The notes beneath the pieces were generated by a model. That model was not told the origin of the DNA. It made no database searches and saw only the letters and a program-made list of their open reading frames with translations. Below are positions 1 through 10,184 of a DNA stretch of 64,000 nucleotides, piece by piece. Numbering within the stretch: position 1 is the first letter of the stretch; every line of letters begins with the position of its first letter. Position numbers and translations under genes: made by a program. Source of the stretch: Candidatus Heimdallarchaeota archaeon (GTDB lineage Archaea; Asgardarchaeota; Heimdallarchaeia; Heimdallarchaeales; Heimdallarchaeaceae); contig JAHLWR010000007.1 of assembly GCA_019057815.1 (NCBI GenBank), forward strand, positions 64,001-128,000. The letters run 5' to 3'.

Positions 1-181
1 AAAATTAAACTCTTTATCTAATATATATTTTATGCAACAGATTCTTCTGTTAATATTCCTAACTAGAATATTTCTCTGGTTTATATACCAATTTGAGAAT
101 AATGAGGTAAACCCATCCGTTCTAATATCTTCCTATCTTCAAAAAATCTAATAAAGAATAACTCAAGGGTTAGAATCTCTT

Positions 182-595
182 ATGATGGAAGAACTCTTAG
201 AACGTCAATCTTCAAGAACTTTTAGTATTCTAGAAAAGGTTCTTTTCGTCCTTTTCACTATTCTTTCTGTTATTGCTTCTGTTCTTTCCTTTACTTATTC
301 TTCTGATAATTCTTCTTATTCCCTTGTTTTTAAAATCTTCATCGTTTTCTTGACTCTCTTAATCTTTCTCTACTCTTTCACCATCACTATCCTTATTCCT
401 GTAATTACTAAGAACATTCTTCCAAAAGTGGTTGTCTTGCTTAACTACAATATTAATTCTTTCAAGTTTTTTTCTACTGAAAGGGTGGAATCTTTCCATT
501 ACAAGAATTTCCAAGAGTTAGATCTATTTGAGGAAATTAGATTTGAAGAGAATAAGGATATGGATGAATTAACATTTTCAGGAGGTATTAACTAA
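182..595 (+). CDS. Hypothetical two-TM membrane protein (island)
   Basis: Two hydrophobic segments; ends 2 nt before the next ORF. Confidence 0.5.
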   Translation: MMEELLERQSSRTFSILEKVLFVLFTILSVIASVLSFTYSSDNSSYSLVFKIFIVFLTLLIFLYSFTITILIPVITKNILPKVVVLLNYNINSFKFFSTERVESFHYKNFQELDLFEEIRFEENKDMDELTFSGGIN

Positions 596-597
596 CT

Positions 598-864
598 ATG
601 TCATGGGAATTAATTTTCGAGATAGAACATAAATTTAAGAATAAAACTGTCGGTTTAGCTAATTATAAAATCTCTACCAGAAACGATTTGGAATACTTTT
701 TAGCTCATTGTGTGAATGTTTCTAACAATTCTGACGATTTATGGTTTTACAGAGCTTTTCTTCTTGATCAAGAAGGTAAAAGTGTTCTCTTGACTAACCT
801 TAATGATATTATTATTAACAAGGACAAATGTTTTAATTCTGATATTCTTTCAACTTGTGTCTAA
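598..864 (+). CDS. Small hypothetical protein (island)
   Basis: ATG preceded by GGAGGT-like RBS within the upstream gene; tight coupling. Confidence 0.55.
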   Translation: MSWELIFEIEHKFKNKTVGLANYKISTRNDLEYFLAHCVNVSNNSDDLWFYRAFLLDQEGKSVLLTNLNDIIINKDKCFNSDILSTCV

Positions 865-1068
865 AGTGATTATATAAAAATCTCAAAAAACAACAGAACA
901 AGGTAATAATCAATGTCCTATTACGAATTATTTTACAAGAGAATAAACTATAATCCCTAATTAACCATGGAAAAGACATTCAAATTAAATGAAGTGAAAG
1001 AATTTGATCTTGTGAACAATAACTATATAATTCGAAGGACCATATAACTATACCAAATGTGAAAATAG

Positions 1069-2022
1069 GTGTATTTATTGGAAGAAATTAATAGTGTTAT
1101 TGCGATGTTACAAGCTGATAATGTGTCACATAAAGAAATGGAAATTATATTATTGAAAATTATTGAAGTACAAGATATTGCAAATTTTTTAACCAATTTT
1201 TGTAATAAAATCGAGAATATGGAAAATTTAATTATACTTATGAAAAACCTTCTAATATTAGCAACTTATACTACTAAAGAATCTTTAACGGATTTCATTA
1301 TTGGAAAACTTGTAGTGAAGATAGAAAATACAATAGGTTACCAAAAGAGTATTCCTATTTATATCACCCCTCTTCAAGATGATGAATATTCACTAATGGG
1401 TGACTATCCTATGATTTATTTAGAATCAATCACTACTTCGGACGCTATTGAAACATTTAGAACTATTTTAAACAATAAGAACGATTTAATTGATTTTTCA
1501 AAAGGTTTTATTGAAGAAAAGATAAAAGAATTAGAAATTTTAAAGAAAGAACGAGAAAAATTAGAAAAAGGGGAAATAAAAACCCCAATAAAATTTATTT
1601 TATATGGTAAGGAGGTCGATTTTGAAAAAATTAATCCATTATCTAAAAAAAACATTTTGAAAAACCGAAAAATAATTAATACTATCATTACTAATTTATC
1701 AGGGTTGGAATTTAGCGATGAACTCCCTGTTGAATTGTCAATTGAAGAAATGAAAAAAGTAATCGACTGGCAACATCCTGAATTACCAAATTTTCCAGAA
1801 AACAAATATGGTGATGTTGGCCTCGTATCTTTACAAGATGAAATAGTATACAACATTGTCGAAGAAAAACTAGAAACTGAATATAATATTCTTATAGACT
1901 ATTTCGATGATTGTTGCGAGGACACTTTTGATATCTATACTTTTTATGGTTTTGAAAGAAAAATAGTAAAAAATATTTGTAATAAAATTCTTAATGAGTG
2001 TGGTCTAATTGAAAGAAAATAA
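1069..2022 (+). CDS. Hypothetical protein (island)
   Basis: 317-aa open frame in AT-rich DNA; no recognised motif. Confidence 0.7.
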   Translation: MYLLEEINSVIAMLQADNVSHKEMEIILLKIIEVQDIANFLTNFCNKIENMENLIILMKNLLILATYTTKESLTDFIIGKLVVKIENTIGYQKSIPIYITPLQDDEYSLMGDYPMIYLESITTSDAIETFRTILNNKNDLIDFSKGFIEEKIKELEILKKEREKLEKGEIKTPIKFILYGKEVDFEKINPLSKKNILKNRKIINTIITNLSGLEFSDELPVELSIEEMKKVIDWQHPELPNFPENKYGDVGLVSLQDEIVYNIVEEKLETEYNILIDYFDDCCEDTFDIYTFYGFERKIVKNICNKILNECGLIERK

Positions 2023-2144
2023 AGAAACTACTCCCATTAGTACTTGACAAAAATCCTGAATGTGTAATCCTACACTATAAACCGAAGATGAAACAAGAAA
2101 ACAGTGTTTCATAGTTTAAATATCCAAATCTTAATGACAAAATA

Positions 2145-2372
2145 ATGGATTCTAATTTTTACTCTGATTTTCAATTAGGAATGATACAAACAGAAACTGA
2201 GAAAGCTTATTTTGCTAGTATTTTTAAATTAACAGATGACCCCGTCTGGATTCCTAAGAGTGTTGTTGAACCTAAGACTATGAAACTCAAAAAGTGGTTT
2301 ATCAATCAATTACAACACGAACTCAAAACCATTAAACAAACAACTTTGGCTGATTATTTTCTTACAAAGTAG
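2145..2372 (+). CDS. Small virus/MGE-like protein with C-terminal PIP box
   Basis: ETEKAY...VWIPKSVV core; ends QTTLADYF (Q-x-x-L-x-x-Y-F). Confidence 0.6.
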   Translation: MDSNFYSDFQLGMIQTETEKAYFASIFKLTDDPVWIPKSVVEPKTMKLKKWFINQLQHELKTIKQTTLADYFLTK

Positions 2373-2580
2373 TTTGATACATTCATCCTCCAATCATCTG
2401 TTTTTGGTTAGCTTCCCAATTGTGCAGTTTTCTATAGAAAAATATTAGTGGTAATAAGTGTAAATATTCATTTCTACCTCTAGATAACCAAGATCTCTAG
2501 ATATATTTGGTTATCACATGATTGAAGGAATGAAGATATTATTAGAAAAACAAATAATAACAAGACTGAAGATTAAAAAC

Positions 2581-3999
2581 TTAAACGTAAATAAATTTAG
2601 GTTCAGTGATTTCTCCAACAATCCACATTATCATTTCTTTTAGATCATGTTGCATATTTTCAATATGAGGTATTAGATCTAACCATCCATATTTTGGTAG
2701 TGTTTTCTTCACCTGTTCTAATTTTTCTATATATTTATTGTATACTTCTATTTCTTTTTTCTTTTTGTTCTCAAAATAGATTTTTAATTCGGGTTTATTC
2801 GCAATTTTAGGTTTTATTATTTTAATAAAGAATTTATGACATTGACAGAAACCAACAGTTATAACTAATACATCAACTGGCAAATCACTCAAATACAATT
2901 CAGCTATATACTCACGTTGTTTTATATTTAAAGCAAACTTAGGTTTTGTTGTGTGTTCTTCACAACTTTCCATAAGATAAGATTTTGACTCAACAAAATA
3001 CATAGTATTATCTTTGATAAAATCAAACTCACTGTTATTTCCAGAAATAAACCAATAATCCATAAGCCACTCATAAATATTAAAAAAAGAGTAATGTTTA
3101 GCTAAAAGATTATTATAAAATTCTTTAGGTAAAATAGTTTCTAATGTTTTTGTACTTATTTTTATGGTTTTATATTTCAATAATTGTCGAAACATTCCTT
3201 CTAAAATCTTTCCTTCTTCTGAAATCGATTGAATTACGTCATCAATAGATATTTCAACAAAATCCTTTCCCGATATTTTTTCATAATCTTTCAACTTTTC
3301 TTTTTCTATTTTCTTCCACTTCTTAAAAACAAGTTCAAGAATAAGATCAGTGATATTTTTGTGCCATATTTCTAATTTCATTTGATTTGGCTTCAAGAAC
3401 CCCCCTCTTACATAATAAAACGCATCTCCTTCTCCGGTTATAGATAATCCTCTTTCACATTTTAACACTTGTTCTTCTTTTATAGTATCAAAATTCACTG
3501 TATTTGAACATTTATCGCATCGTAATTTTTGCTTATCTTCGGAATAGAAATCTAAGTACCCTTTACAATTTTCTATTGTACATTTAATTGAAAGGTAACT
3601 TGGCCACTTATCAGGATTTTTTAATACATTTTTTATGTTACTTTTTCTTGTTTCTTCAAAATTACGTATCTTTATTGATTCTTCTGTTTCAGCGAGTAAA
3701 ATCAGTATTAAGTTTTTAATATCATTATAATCAGAATTATATACTCTACTTCCTCCTACCCTTTGTTCTTTATTTGTAACAAACATTTTGAAGCCTTTAA
3801 AAAATTCTTTTTCTATAACCTTTTCTGCAATCTTTCCTCTTATTTGTCTGTAGTTTATTGTTTTATTAGAAAGTATATCTTGGATGGTAGCTCTCTTCTC
3901 ATCAGTTAATATATATCTATCAAATAGCTCTAATTCTCTATATTTCTCAAAAGGATAAGTTTTTTCCCATATTACTTCATATTTGAATCCCTTAACCAT
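2581..3999 (-). CDS. Zn-ribbon plus C-terminal PD-(D/E)XK nuclease-like protein
   Basis: CTIENC...CDKC; SEFDFIKDNTMYFVESKS (D...ExK) followed by FALNIKQ. Confidence 0.6.
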   Translation of the reverse strand: MVKGFKYEVIWEKTYPFEKYRELELFDRYILTDEKRATIQDILSNKTINYRQIRGKIAEKVIEKEFFKGFKMFVTNKEQRVGGSRVYNSDYNDIKNLILILLAETEESIKIRNFEETRKSNIKNVLKNPDKWPSYLSIKCTIENCKGYLDFYSEDKQKLRCDKCSNTVNFDTIKEEQVLKCERGLSITGEGDAFYYVRGGFLKPNQMKLEIWHKNITDLILELVFKKWKKIEKEKLKDYEKISGKDFVEISIDDVIQSISEEGKILEGMFRQLLKYKTIKISTKTLETILPKEFYNNLLAKHYSFFNIYEWLMDYWFISGNNSEFDFIKDNTMYFVESKSYLMESCEEHTTKPKFALNIKQREYIAELYLSDLPVDVLVITVGFCQCHKFFIKIIKPKIANKPELKIYFENKKKKEIEVYNKYIEKLEQVKKTLPKYGWLDLIPHIENMQHDLKEMIMWIVGEITEPKFIYV

Positions 4000-4207
4000 T
4001 TAATTCAACTTAGAACAATCAATTGTGATTATATTAATTATAGTATCTGGAATATAAATTGTTCTTTATTCTCATAGAAGTCAGCATGAATCTTTTCTAG
4101 TTGAATAGATTACTTCATGCATGTTTAACTTCCTTTCATCTTTTCCATTCATCTGAAAATAAAAAAGGAAAAAAGATGACTAAAAAAGCAATATGAACTT
4201 TATCTTC

Positions 4208-4660
4208 CTAATATACTCCATATGTTTGGATTTTTTGCTTGTAATCTCTTATCGTTTGTTTCAACTCTTTTTGATTAATCCAGCTTTTTTCTCTTATCAA
4301 GTTTAGATAAATACGATATATTCTTTCTCCACATGTTAGTGAGAGTAACGATAACACAATTACTAGTGCATGTTCCTCTGGATCTACAAAGTCTTGTTCT
4401 TCTTGTTCTACCGACTCTATCGCTAATTCCTCGATACTATCGAAAAAAGTCTTTTCTAACTTGAATTTTGTCTTTAAATGTTTTATTAATTCCTTTATTT
4501 TCTCTTTTACTCCCTCTTGTACTATATTCTTTTTTCCTCTTATTTTCTTCTCTGAACTCTCTATTTCTGTATCAAAAAAAATTTGCACATTGTTAGAAGT
4601 TCCCAAATCCCTTAGTAATGTGCATTTATGTTTTGACCCTTGAACCATTTCTATAGCCAT
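4208..4660 (-). CDS. Hypothetical protein resembling a single TFB/TFIIB C-terminal cyclin repeat
   Basis: DPEEHALVIV-LLSLTCGER...KQTIRDYKQK resembles the TFB repeat-2 pattern DP..LA.A.LY.A....GE...TIR.RYKE. Confidence 0.4.
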   Translation of the reverse strand: MAIEMVQGSKHKCTLLRDLGTSNNVQIFFDTEIESSEKKIRGKKNIVQEGVKEKIKELIKHLKTKFKLEKTFFDSIEELAIESVEQEEQDFVDPEEHALVIVLSLLSLTCGERIYRIYLNLIREKSWINQKELKQTIRDYKQKIQTYGVY

Positions 4661-4705
4661 GTCAACTTATTCTTTCTCTTTTTCTTTTTAAATACCTATC
4701 GTACC

Positions 4706-4727
4706 AGATTGCAGTTAGATTGCAGTT
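4706..4727. promoter_or_regulatory. Tandem 11-bp direct repeat AGATTGCAGTT x2, possible operator
   Basis: Perfect tandem repeat ~45 bp upstream of the 4660 start, in a divergent intergenic region. Confidence 0.35.
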
Positions 4728-4969
4728 TTTCTTTTTTTTCCTAATATTTTTATTATTTTTTATCATTTAATGACGAAAATTATCTACAAATCATTATTAC
4801 TACATCTATTACTCCCTTTATTCCTTACTTTTCCTTCTTTTCTTGTAATCTAACTGTTACCTTTTCTTACTTCCTTTATATTTCTTATCAGTAACTTTTT
4901 TCAATTTCAGTTTTATTTAGAACCAAACTAATTCATTTAAATAATGTAAATAGTGAACTGTGAGATAAC

Positions 4970-6088
4970 ATGAAAGATTTTTATAAAGAATGGAATGAAC
5001 TAGAGAAATTCCATAAAGTAACTAGTTCTAGTAATCCATTAAAAAATGAAGGGATTAAAGCGTTTTTAGAATTATCTAAGTTTGCCAAAAAACTCGAACT
5101 TAAAGTCCCTAAAAACCCATCATTTTATTTTAGGTTTGGTAGTAATGCTCACTATAATTGGTTAATTAAAACTAACAAATTGGTTAAGATCATTTCAGAA
5201 ATTCCAAATTATGAACCACGAATCAAGAAATTTTTCAACAATGATAATTATTTTGATTCTCTATCTGCACTTTATGAACTGGAAATGGCTTTAAAATTCA
5301 AATTACAAGGTTTTGAAGTTGTTTTTACAGATGAAAATACTCCTGATAAAATACCAGATATAGAGATTAAACTAGCTGATAAAGTTTTTAATCTTGAAGT
5401 TACTTCTTTAAACAATCCTGATCAAGATAAAGAGATACAAGAATTTTATTCGCAGTTATTGAATTTAATATTGAGGCATAAGGTAGAGATTGCTGGTAAT
5501 ATAATTGATGTTCCCAAAAATATGCATAGCAATCTTTTACAAGAGATTGAAAATAGAATAATAGAATCCAAAGAAAAGGGAGAAATAACTAAGATAATAG
5601 AAGAAGGAAAATTAATTCTTGAAATTGCTCCTAATCGGAGTACTGAAAAATTAACTCTTACAGGATTCCATTTTGTTAATAAGGAATTAAAAAATATCGA
5701 AGATAAGGTCAATCAGGTTATCAAAGATAAAAGCGGTCAACTCTCTGTTAACCAAAACCCAGGTATTCTTTGTATTTATAGCGGGAGTAGAACCATTAAT
5801 ATTGAAAAATTATATACTAAAGCTTACGATAAAATTAATCCTTATCTTCAGACCATGCCAAACCTATCAGCTTTAGTTCTTAGTTCATACTCGGACTTTT
5901 ATCCTCTTAAAACATTAAATCATTTGAAATCATCAATTGGTTCTAAAGTGTTATGTGTATTAGAACCTAGATTTGGTGAAACTGAACAGTCAATTATTTG
6001 GAAAAACAGTACTGCTTCCTATGAGTTACCTCCTGAATTTATTGAATCCTATGAAACTTTTGATCATCAAGTATCAGAGATTATATAA
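4970..6088 (+). CDS. PD-(D/E)XK restriction-endonuclease-like protein
   Basis: ELEMA...KIPDIEIKLADKVFNLEVT (E...PD...ExT). Confidence 0.6.
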   Translation: MKDFYKEWNELEKFHKVTSSSNPLKNEGIKAFLELSKFAKKLELKVPKNPSFYFRFGSNAHYNWLIKTNKLVKIISEIPNYEPRIKKFFNNDNYFDSLSALYELEMALKFKLQGFEVVFTDENTPDKIPDIEIKLADKVFNLEVTSLNNPDQDKEIQEFYSQLLNLILRHKVEIAGNIIDVPKNMHSNLLQEIENRIIESKEKGEITKIIEEGKLILEIAPNRSTEKLTLTGFHFVNKELKNIEDKVNQVIKDKSGQLSVNQNPGILCIYSGSRTINIEKLYTKAYDKINPYLQTMPNLSALVLSSYSDFYPLKTLNHLKSSIGSKVLCVLEPRFGETEQSIIWKNSTASYELPPEFIESYETFDHQVSEII

Positions 6089-6227
6089 TTTTTCCTCTCG
6101 TTACTGCTAATAAGAAAAAAAAGAGGAACTCAAATTTTTTTTGGATACTCCACATATTGTTCTTTCATTTGCTAAAGAAATCTTTATTTTCAAAAATGAT
6201 TAAATAGAAGAGACAGATGGTTTTTTA

Positions 6228-6605
6228 TTAATAATTAGGACTAAATGTAAAAAATATCAAAATTGAAATATACATTACCGTACCCAAATACAAATAACAA
6301 ATAAATTTTGTAGGTTTCTTTTTTATCATTTTTTTTCTGTTTGAAAGGTAATTAAAGCAATTATTTGAGAAATAAAATCCGAGAGGTATTGCTCCCAAAG
6401 TAATTCCTACATATCCAAAATCACTATATAAATACCAAGGGATACTCTCAATTAATCCTCGGGCTGCAATTCCAATAAAGGTTATGCTCATAACAACTAA
6501 CCAGATAATAGTACAAAATCCCAGTCTCTTAAGCAATACTTGTTTTTCTTCGTCTAATTCTTGAAACTTTGTTTTCATATATTTTTTAATTTTTAATTTA
6601 CTCAT
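6228..6605 (-). CDS. Three-TM hypothetical membrane protein
   Basis: Three hydrophobic segments with basic loops. Confidence 0.6.
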   Translation of the reverse strand: MSKLKIKKYMKTKFQELDEEKQVLLKRLGFCTIIWLVVMSITFIGIAARGLIESIPWYLYSDFGYVGITLGAIPLGFYFSNNCFNYLSNRKKMIKKKPTKFICYLYLGTVMYISILIFFTFSPNY

Positions 6606-7026
6606 TAGATCTTACTCTTTCAGTTTATCTCCCCACAATACTTACTTGTAAGCTATTATCCTTCTTTTGTATTATTTAGTAATACAAACTCTTCTGTTAA
6701 AGCTGTTCTCTTTGTTTGTTCCTTACAACTCCATCATGTTGTTCTGAACTCATACACTCTCAGAACTCTTCTAGGTATAAATAGAATCTATTGTTCTTTC
6801 TGTTCTTGTTCTAACTCACCCATCTCTAATTGAGTGTTTTTTCACTATAAAAACTTACTATCCATTTCAAATAGGAGTTTAAAACCATTCAGGATAAAAA
6901 GAAGAACGGAGATGAACAAATGACTGTTAACTTGATCGAGAGAATCTACATTTTTACAGAGATCTGATTAATTTCAAAAAACTGAAATATTCTTGAAACT
7001 AAGTATTCTTTAGATAAATTTGAGAT

Positions 7027-8052
7027 GTGATTATATTGGATATTCAAGTACTATTCAATTTTGAACAGTTTTTAATCCAAAATCAATATGCAAACAACAC
7101 TCATGGATTTATTTCAAGTTTTTTATCAAATTGTCAATATAGCAGTTGTTATAATAAAATAATGGAATTTGATAATAATTTAAATTCATGGATAAATAGC
7201 AGGAAACAGATAGAACCACCAATAGGTTTGTTTCTTGAGTTAAGGTTGTTTAATTATTTACATAATCTGAATGCATCTTTTATTAATTCAAGTTCAAATG
7301 AAATTGCGGATATTGAAGTAAGAACTGATGAAATAGTCTTCCAGATTGAATGCACTCATTCTTTAAGAAAAAATATGAGAGACTTTGATAATAAAACTAC
7401 CTTAAGAATCACTAATCCTCTCAACGAAAAAGAAGGAATGAAAAAAGCTAATGAAGCTGTTGGAGCTGTAGATCCTTTCTATACTGATTGGCATATTAGA
7501 AAAAGACTAGCTGAAAAAGCTTACAAACATATTCAACAACCTTTTATCATCTATTTTTGGTACCCTTCTAATGGGTTTAGTCTTGATTCTACAGATTTCG
7601 AAGACATACTGAATTGTGACTTCCATAAGATAATTACTTTTGATCGTAGTCAATGGGGTAAAATTGATGAACTATTAGATAAATTAGAAAAAAATATGAA
7701 TTTGATGGATTTTAAAGAAGCAAGTGATGATTTAGATGATAGTACAAGAAAACAATTTTACGACCTTATTACTCAGGAGAGAGTAATACACGAACATGAA
7801 CATCTTGCAAATCTTTGGCAAACAGAGGCGAATGTCGAACTTTATCGAAAACATAGACCTACTGATGAGCAAATTAAGGAATATTTAACCAATTCATTGA
7901 TATTCACATACATGATTCAAACATCTGAAAATCTTGCTGGTATTATTATCGATAATACAAAATTAGATCTATCTCCAAATCTCCAACCTATAGACAATAA
8001 TAAGAAAAAAAATATGTTTATCACAATAATGAACGTGATAAAGAATGCATAA
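7027..8052 (+). CDS. PD-(D/E)XK restriction-endonuclease-like protein
   Basis: ELRLF...IADIEVRTDEIVFQIECT; same motif layout as 4970..6088. Confidence 0.55.
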   Translation: MIILDIQVLFNFEQFLIQNQYANNTHGFISSFLSNCQYSSCYNKIMEFDNNLNSWINSRKQIEPPIGLFLELRLFNYLHNLNASFINSSSNEIADIEVRTDEIVFQIECTHSLRKNMRDFDNKTTLRITNPLNEKEGMKKANEAVGAVDPFYTDWHIRKRLAEKAYKHIQQPFIIYFWYPSNGFSLDSTDFEDILNCDFHKIITFDRSQWGKIDELLDKLEKNMNLMDFKEASDDLDDSTRKQFYDLITQERVIHEHEHLANLWQTEANVELYRKHRPTDEQIKEYLTNSLIFTYMIQTSENLAGIIIDNTKLDLSPNLQPIDNNKKKNMFITIMNVIKNA

Positions 8053-8148
8053 AGGACAAGAAGTGAGAAGAAAAAAAAGAGTGATAATATGACAGAAGAA
8101 ACAAAGAAACTATGATAGAGTTATTTTTCGAAATTGTATTCATTCTAT

Positions 8149-8640
8149 TTAATGTAAAAAAAACAATTCTTTTTCCATCATACAATCTATTGCCCATTCT
8201 CTCTCTATTTTTTCTACAATCTTAAAACCTGATTTTTCATAAAATCTTATTACCTTTTGATTATTACTCCAAATTGTTAACAATCGAAGCTTCCTTAGAT
8301 TAAGTTTTTTTGCTTTTATTTCGAGATATTCCATTAGTCTAGTTCCTATTCCTTTATTTTGATATTCAAGAAGAATATACAACTTACATATAACGCCAAT
8401 ATTTTCATTAATCATCAAAGCTGAAATACCAACAGTTTCTGATTCTATTTTAAATAGGTAAAAATCCATTTTATTAAAATCCTCTAAAATCTCTTCAAGA
8501 GATACAACTGGGTCTTTGAAGTACTCCTTTGAAATCATGTTTTTGTAATGTTCTCTATTACTTTTATTAATTACATAAGTAATTCTTTCTGCATCGTTGA
8601 TAGTTGCTTTTTCAATCATTATTTCTAAAACTAGTTTCAT
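8149..8640 (-). CDS. GNAT family N-acetyltransferase
   Basis: YQNKGIGTRLM acetyl-CoA motif; FYEKSGF. Confidence 0.85.
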   Translation of the reverse strand: MKLVLEIMIEKATINDAERITYVINKSNREHYKNMISKEYFKDPVVSLEEILEDFNKMDFYLFKIESETVGISALMINENIGVICKLYILLEYQNKGIGTRLMEYLEIKAKKLNLRKLRLLTIWSNNQKVIRFYEKSGFKIVEKIEREWAIDCMMEKELFFLH

Positions 8641-8861
8641 GTTATTTATAAATTAGTTTTTTGAGTTTTTCAGATAAATTAATTTGATGCTTAATATCTA
8701 TTATTTTTTTTGATAATATGAGATTAGAACTAGTATTAGCAAGAAATTCTGTTGGTGAAGAAATATCCTGAAAAAGAAGAATTTTATCTGAAATGTACAA
8801 CAGAGGAAATAGATTTCTGCAAAGAGAATAAAAATAGAGTGTCACATAAAGTAAGGCACAA

Positions 8862-9836
8862 TTAGTCCAATGATTTAACATCTTCAATTTTTTTTGTGGT
8901 TTTCATCCTCTGTAATTTTGTCTCAACTAATTTCTTAAGCTCATTCTTGATTTTTTCAAAATCGACTTCTTCAATTATCTCATCTATAATACCTTCAAGT
9001 AGATATTGACTATAAAATTGACCTTCAAGATTATCCTCTAGCCAATTTATTGCATTCTGTGTCAGTTTTGCTATTCGTGGAAAATTCTTTATAATCTCTG
9101 AATCTTCATTTAACTGACTGGTATAGAGCATTTCATTTGGGTATCTCGTTACAGCTTCATATGGTGCTGTTAGGATTGTTAGAAGGATAACAGGCACAAA
9201 TCGTTCTGACATATCCAAGATATATTCATCTAGGAAAGATATGATATAATCTCCTATGTTTTTGTATTTGTCTGATAATCTGATTGAAAAGGAAGAGATA
9301 ACCATTTCAAGAAAAGAAATTGTTAGTGAACCATATTCTTTTGAATTTTCAGCATAATCAACTAATTGCTGAACAACTCCTTCTTGTTGAATTGATTCTA
9401 AGATATCTTTTGACATCTGTTTGTATATTGGTTTCAGCTTATTTGGTTTCTTCTCAATGATGTGTTTGATATATTTGCCTTCTATATTTCTTGTTGATGT
9501 CATCTGATTCAATATTTGATTAAACGAATCTTCCAGGTCTTCGCTACCAATCAGTTTGAATAATCTTGTGAATATATTTGTTAACCTAGGTAATCCTTCT
9601 TCAATCATCAAATAGATAACTCTATATGAATCATGCCCTATTCTAAACATCAATTTCTCATGTTCCAGTCTAGTATAGGTTGTTAAAGCCCAAATCTTCA
9701 TAATTTTTTCAACAGCTTGCTGCATATGATATAGAGCATTTCCATAGGATTGTGTGTTGTAGAGAGTGTTAGCGTCCACTATGTCTTGTTTGGCAAATGT
9801 AACTAATTCAGTGATAGTATCTTGTCTATTTTTCAT
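8862..9836 (-). CDS. HEPN domain protein with large internal insertion
   Basis: A..D...A..LY...YG.ALYHMQQAVEKIMK, IGHDS and TRYP motifs. Confidence 0.75.
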   Translation of the reverse strand: MKNRQDTITELVTFAKQDIVDANTLYNTQSYGNALYHMQQAVEKIMKIWALTTYTRLEHEKLMFRIGHDSYRVIYLMIEEGLPRLTNIFTRLFKLIGSEDLEDSFNQILNQMTSTRNIEGKYIKHIIEKKPNKLKPIYKQMSKDILESIQQEGVVQQLVDYAENSKEYGSLTISFLEMVISSFSIRLSDKYKNIGDYIISFLDEYILDMSERFVPVILLTILTAPYEAVTRYPNEMLYTSQLNEDSEIIKNFPRIAKLTQNAINWLEDNLEGQFYSQYLLEGIIDEIIEEVDFEKIKNELKKLVETKLQRMKTTKKIEDVKSLD

Positions 9837-10184
9837 TTATATGGTTTTAAGAAGAGTGACGTGTTTTTAAGATATTGATTGTTGATAGGACACAAGAAAG
9901 AATCCTTTTTTGTCTTAATTAAGTTAAACGAATTTGAAAGATAATAGAACTTTTTTGTCAATGAAATTAATGAAAGACTTGAGTTCTGAAAAACAAAAAT
10001 AGCGAAAAGTGTAAGGAAGATTAAAATTACTCTTTTTCATTTTTCTTTTGTGTTAGTTTTTCAAGTCTTTCTTGATAATTTTTTATCGTTTCTAGATCGT
10101 CCTTTGTATATTTCCAGATAATTGTAGTACTATAATTTTTGATTTCTGCCAAAGTAAAACATCTAAAATCAAAATAATCCTTAT

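Noticed and set aside
8642-8887. 81-aa ORF between the GNAT and HEPN genes
   Set aside because: Overlaps the HEPN end and has no motif; probably a remnant or spurious
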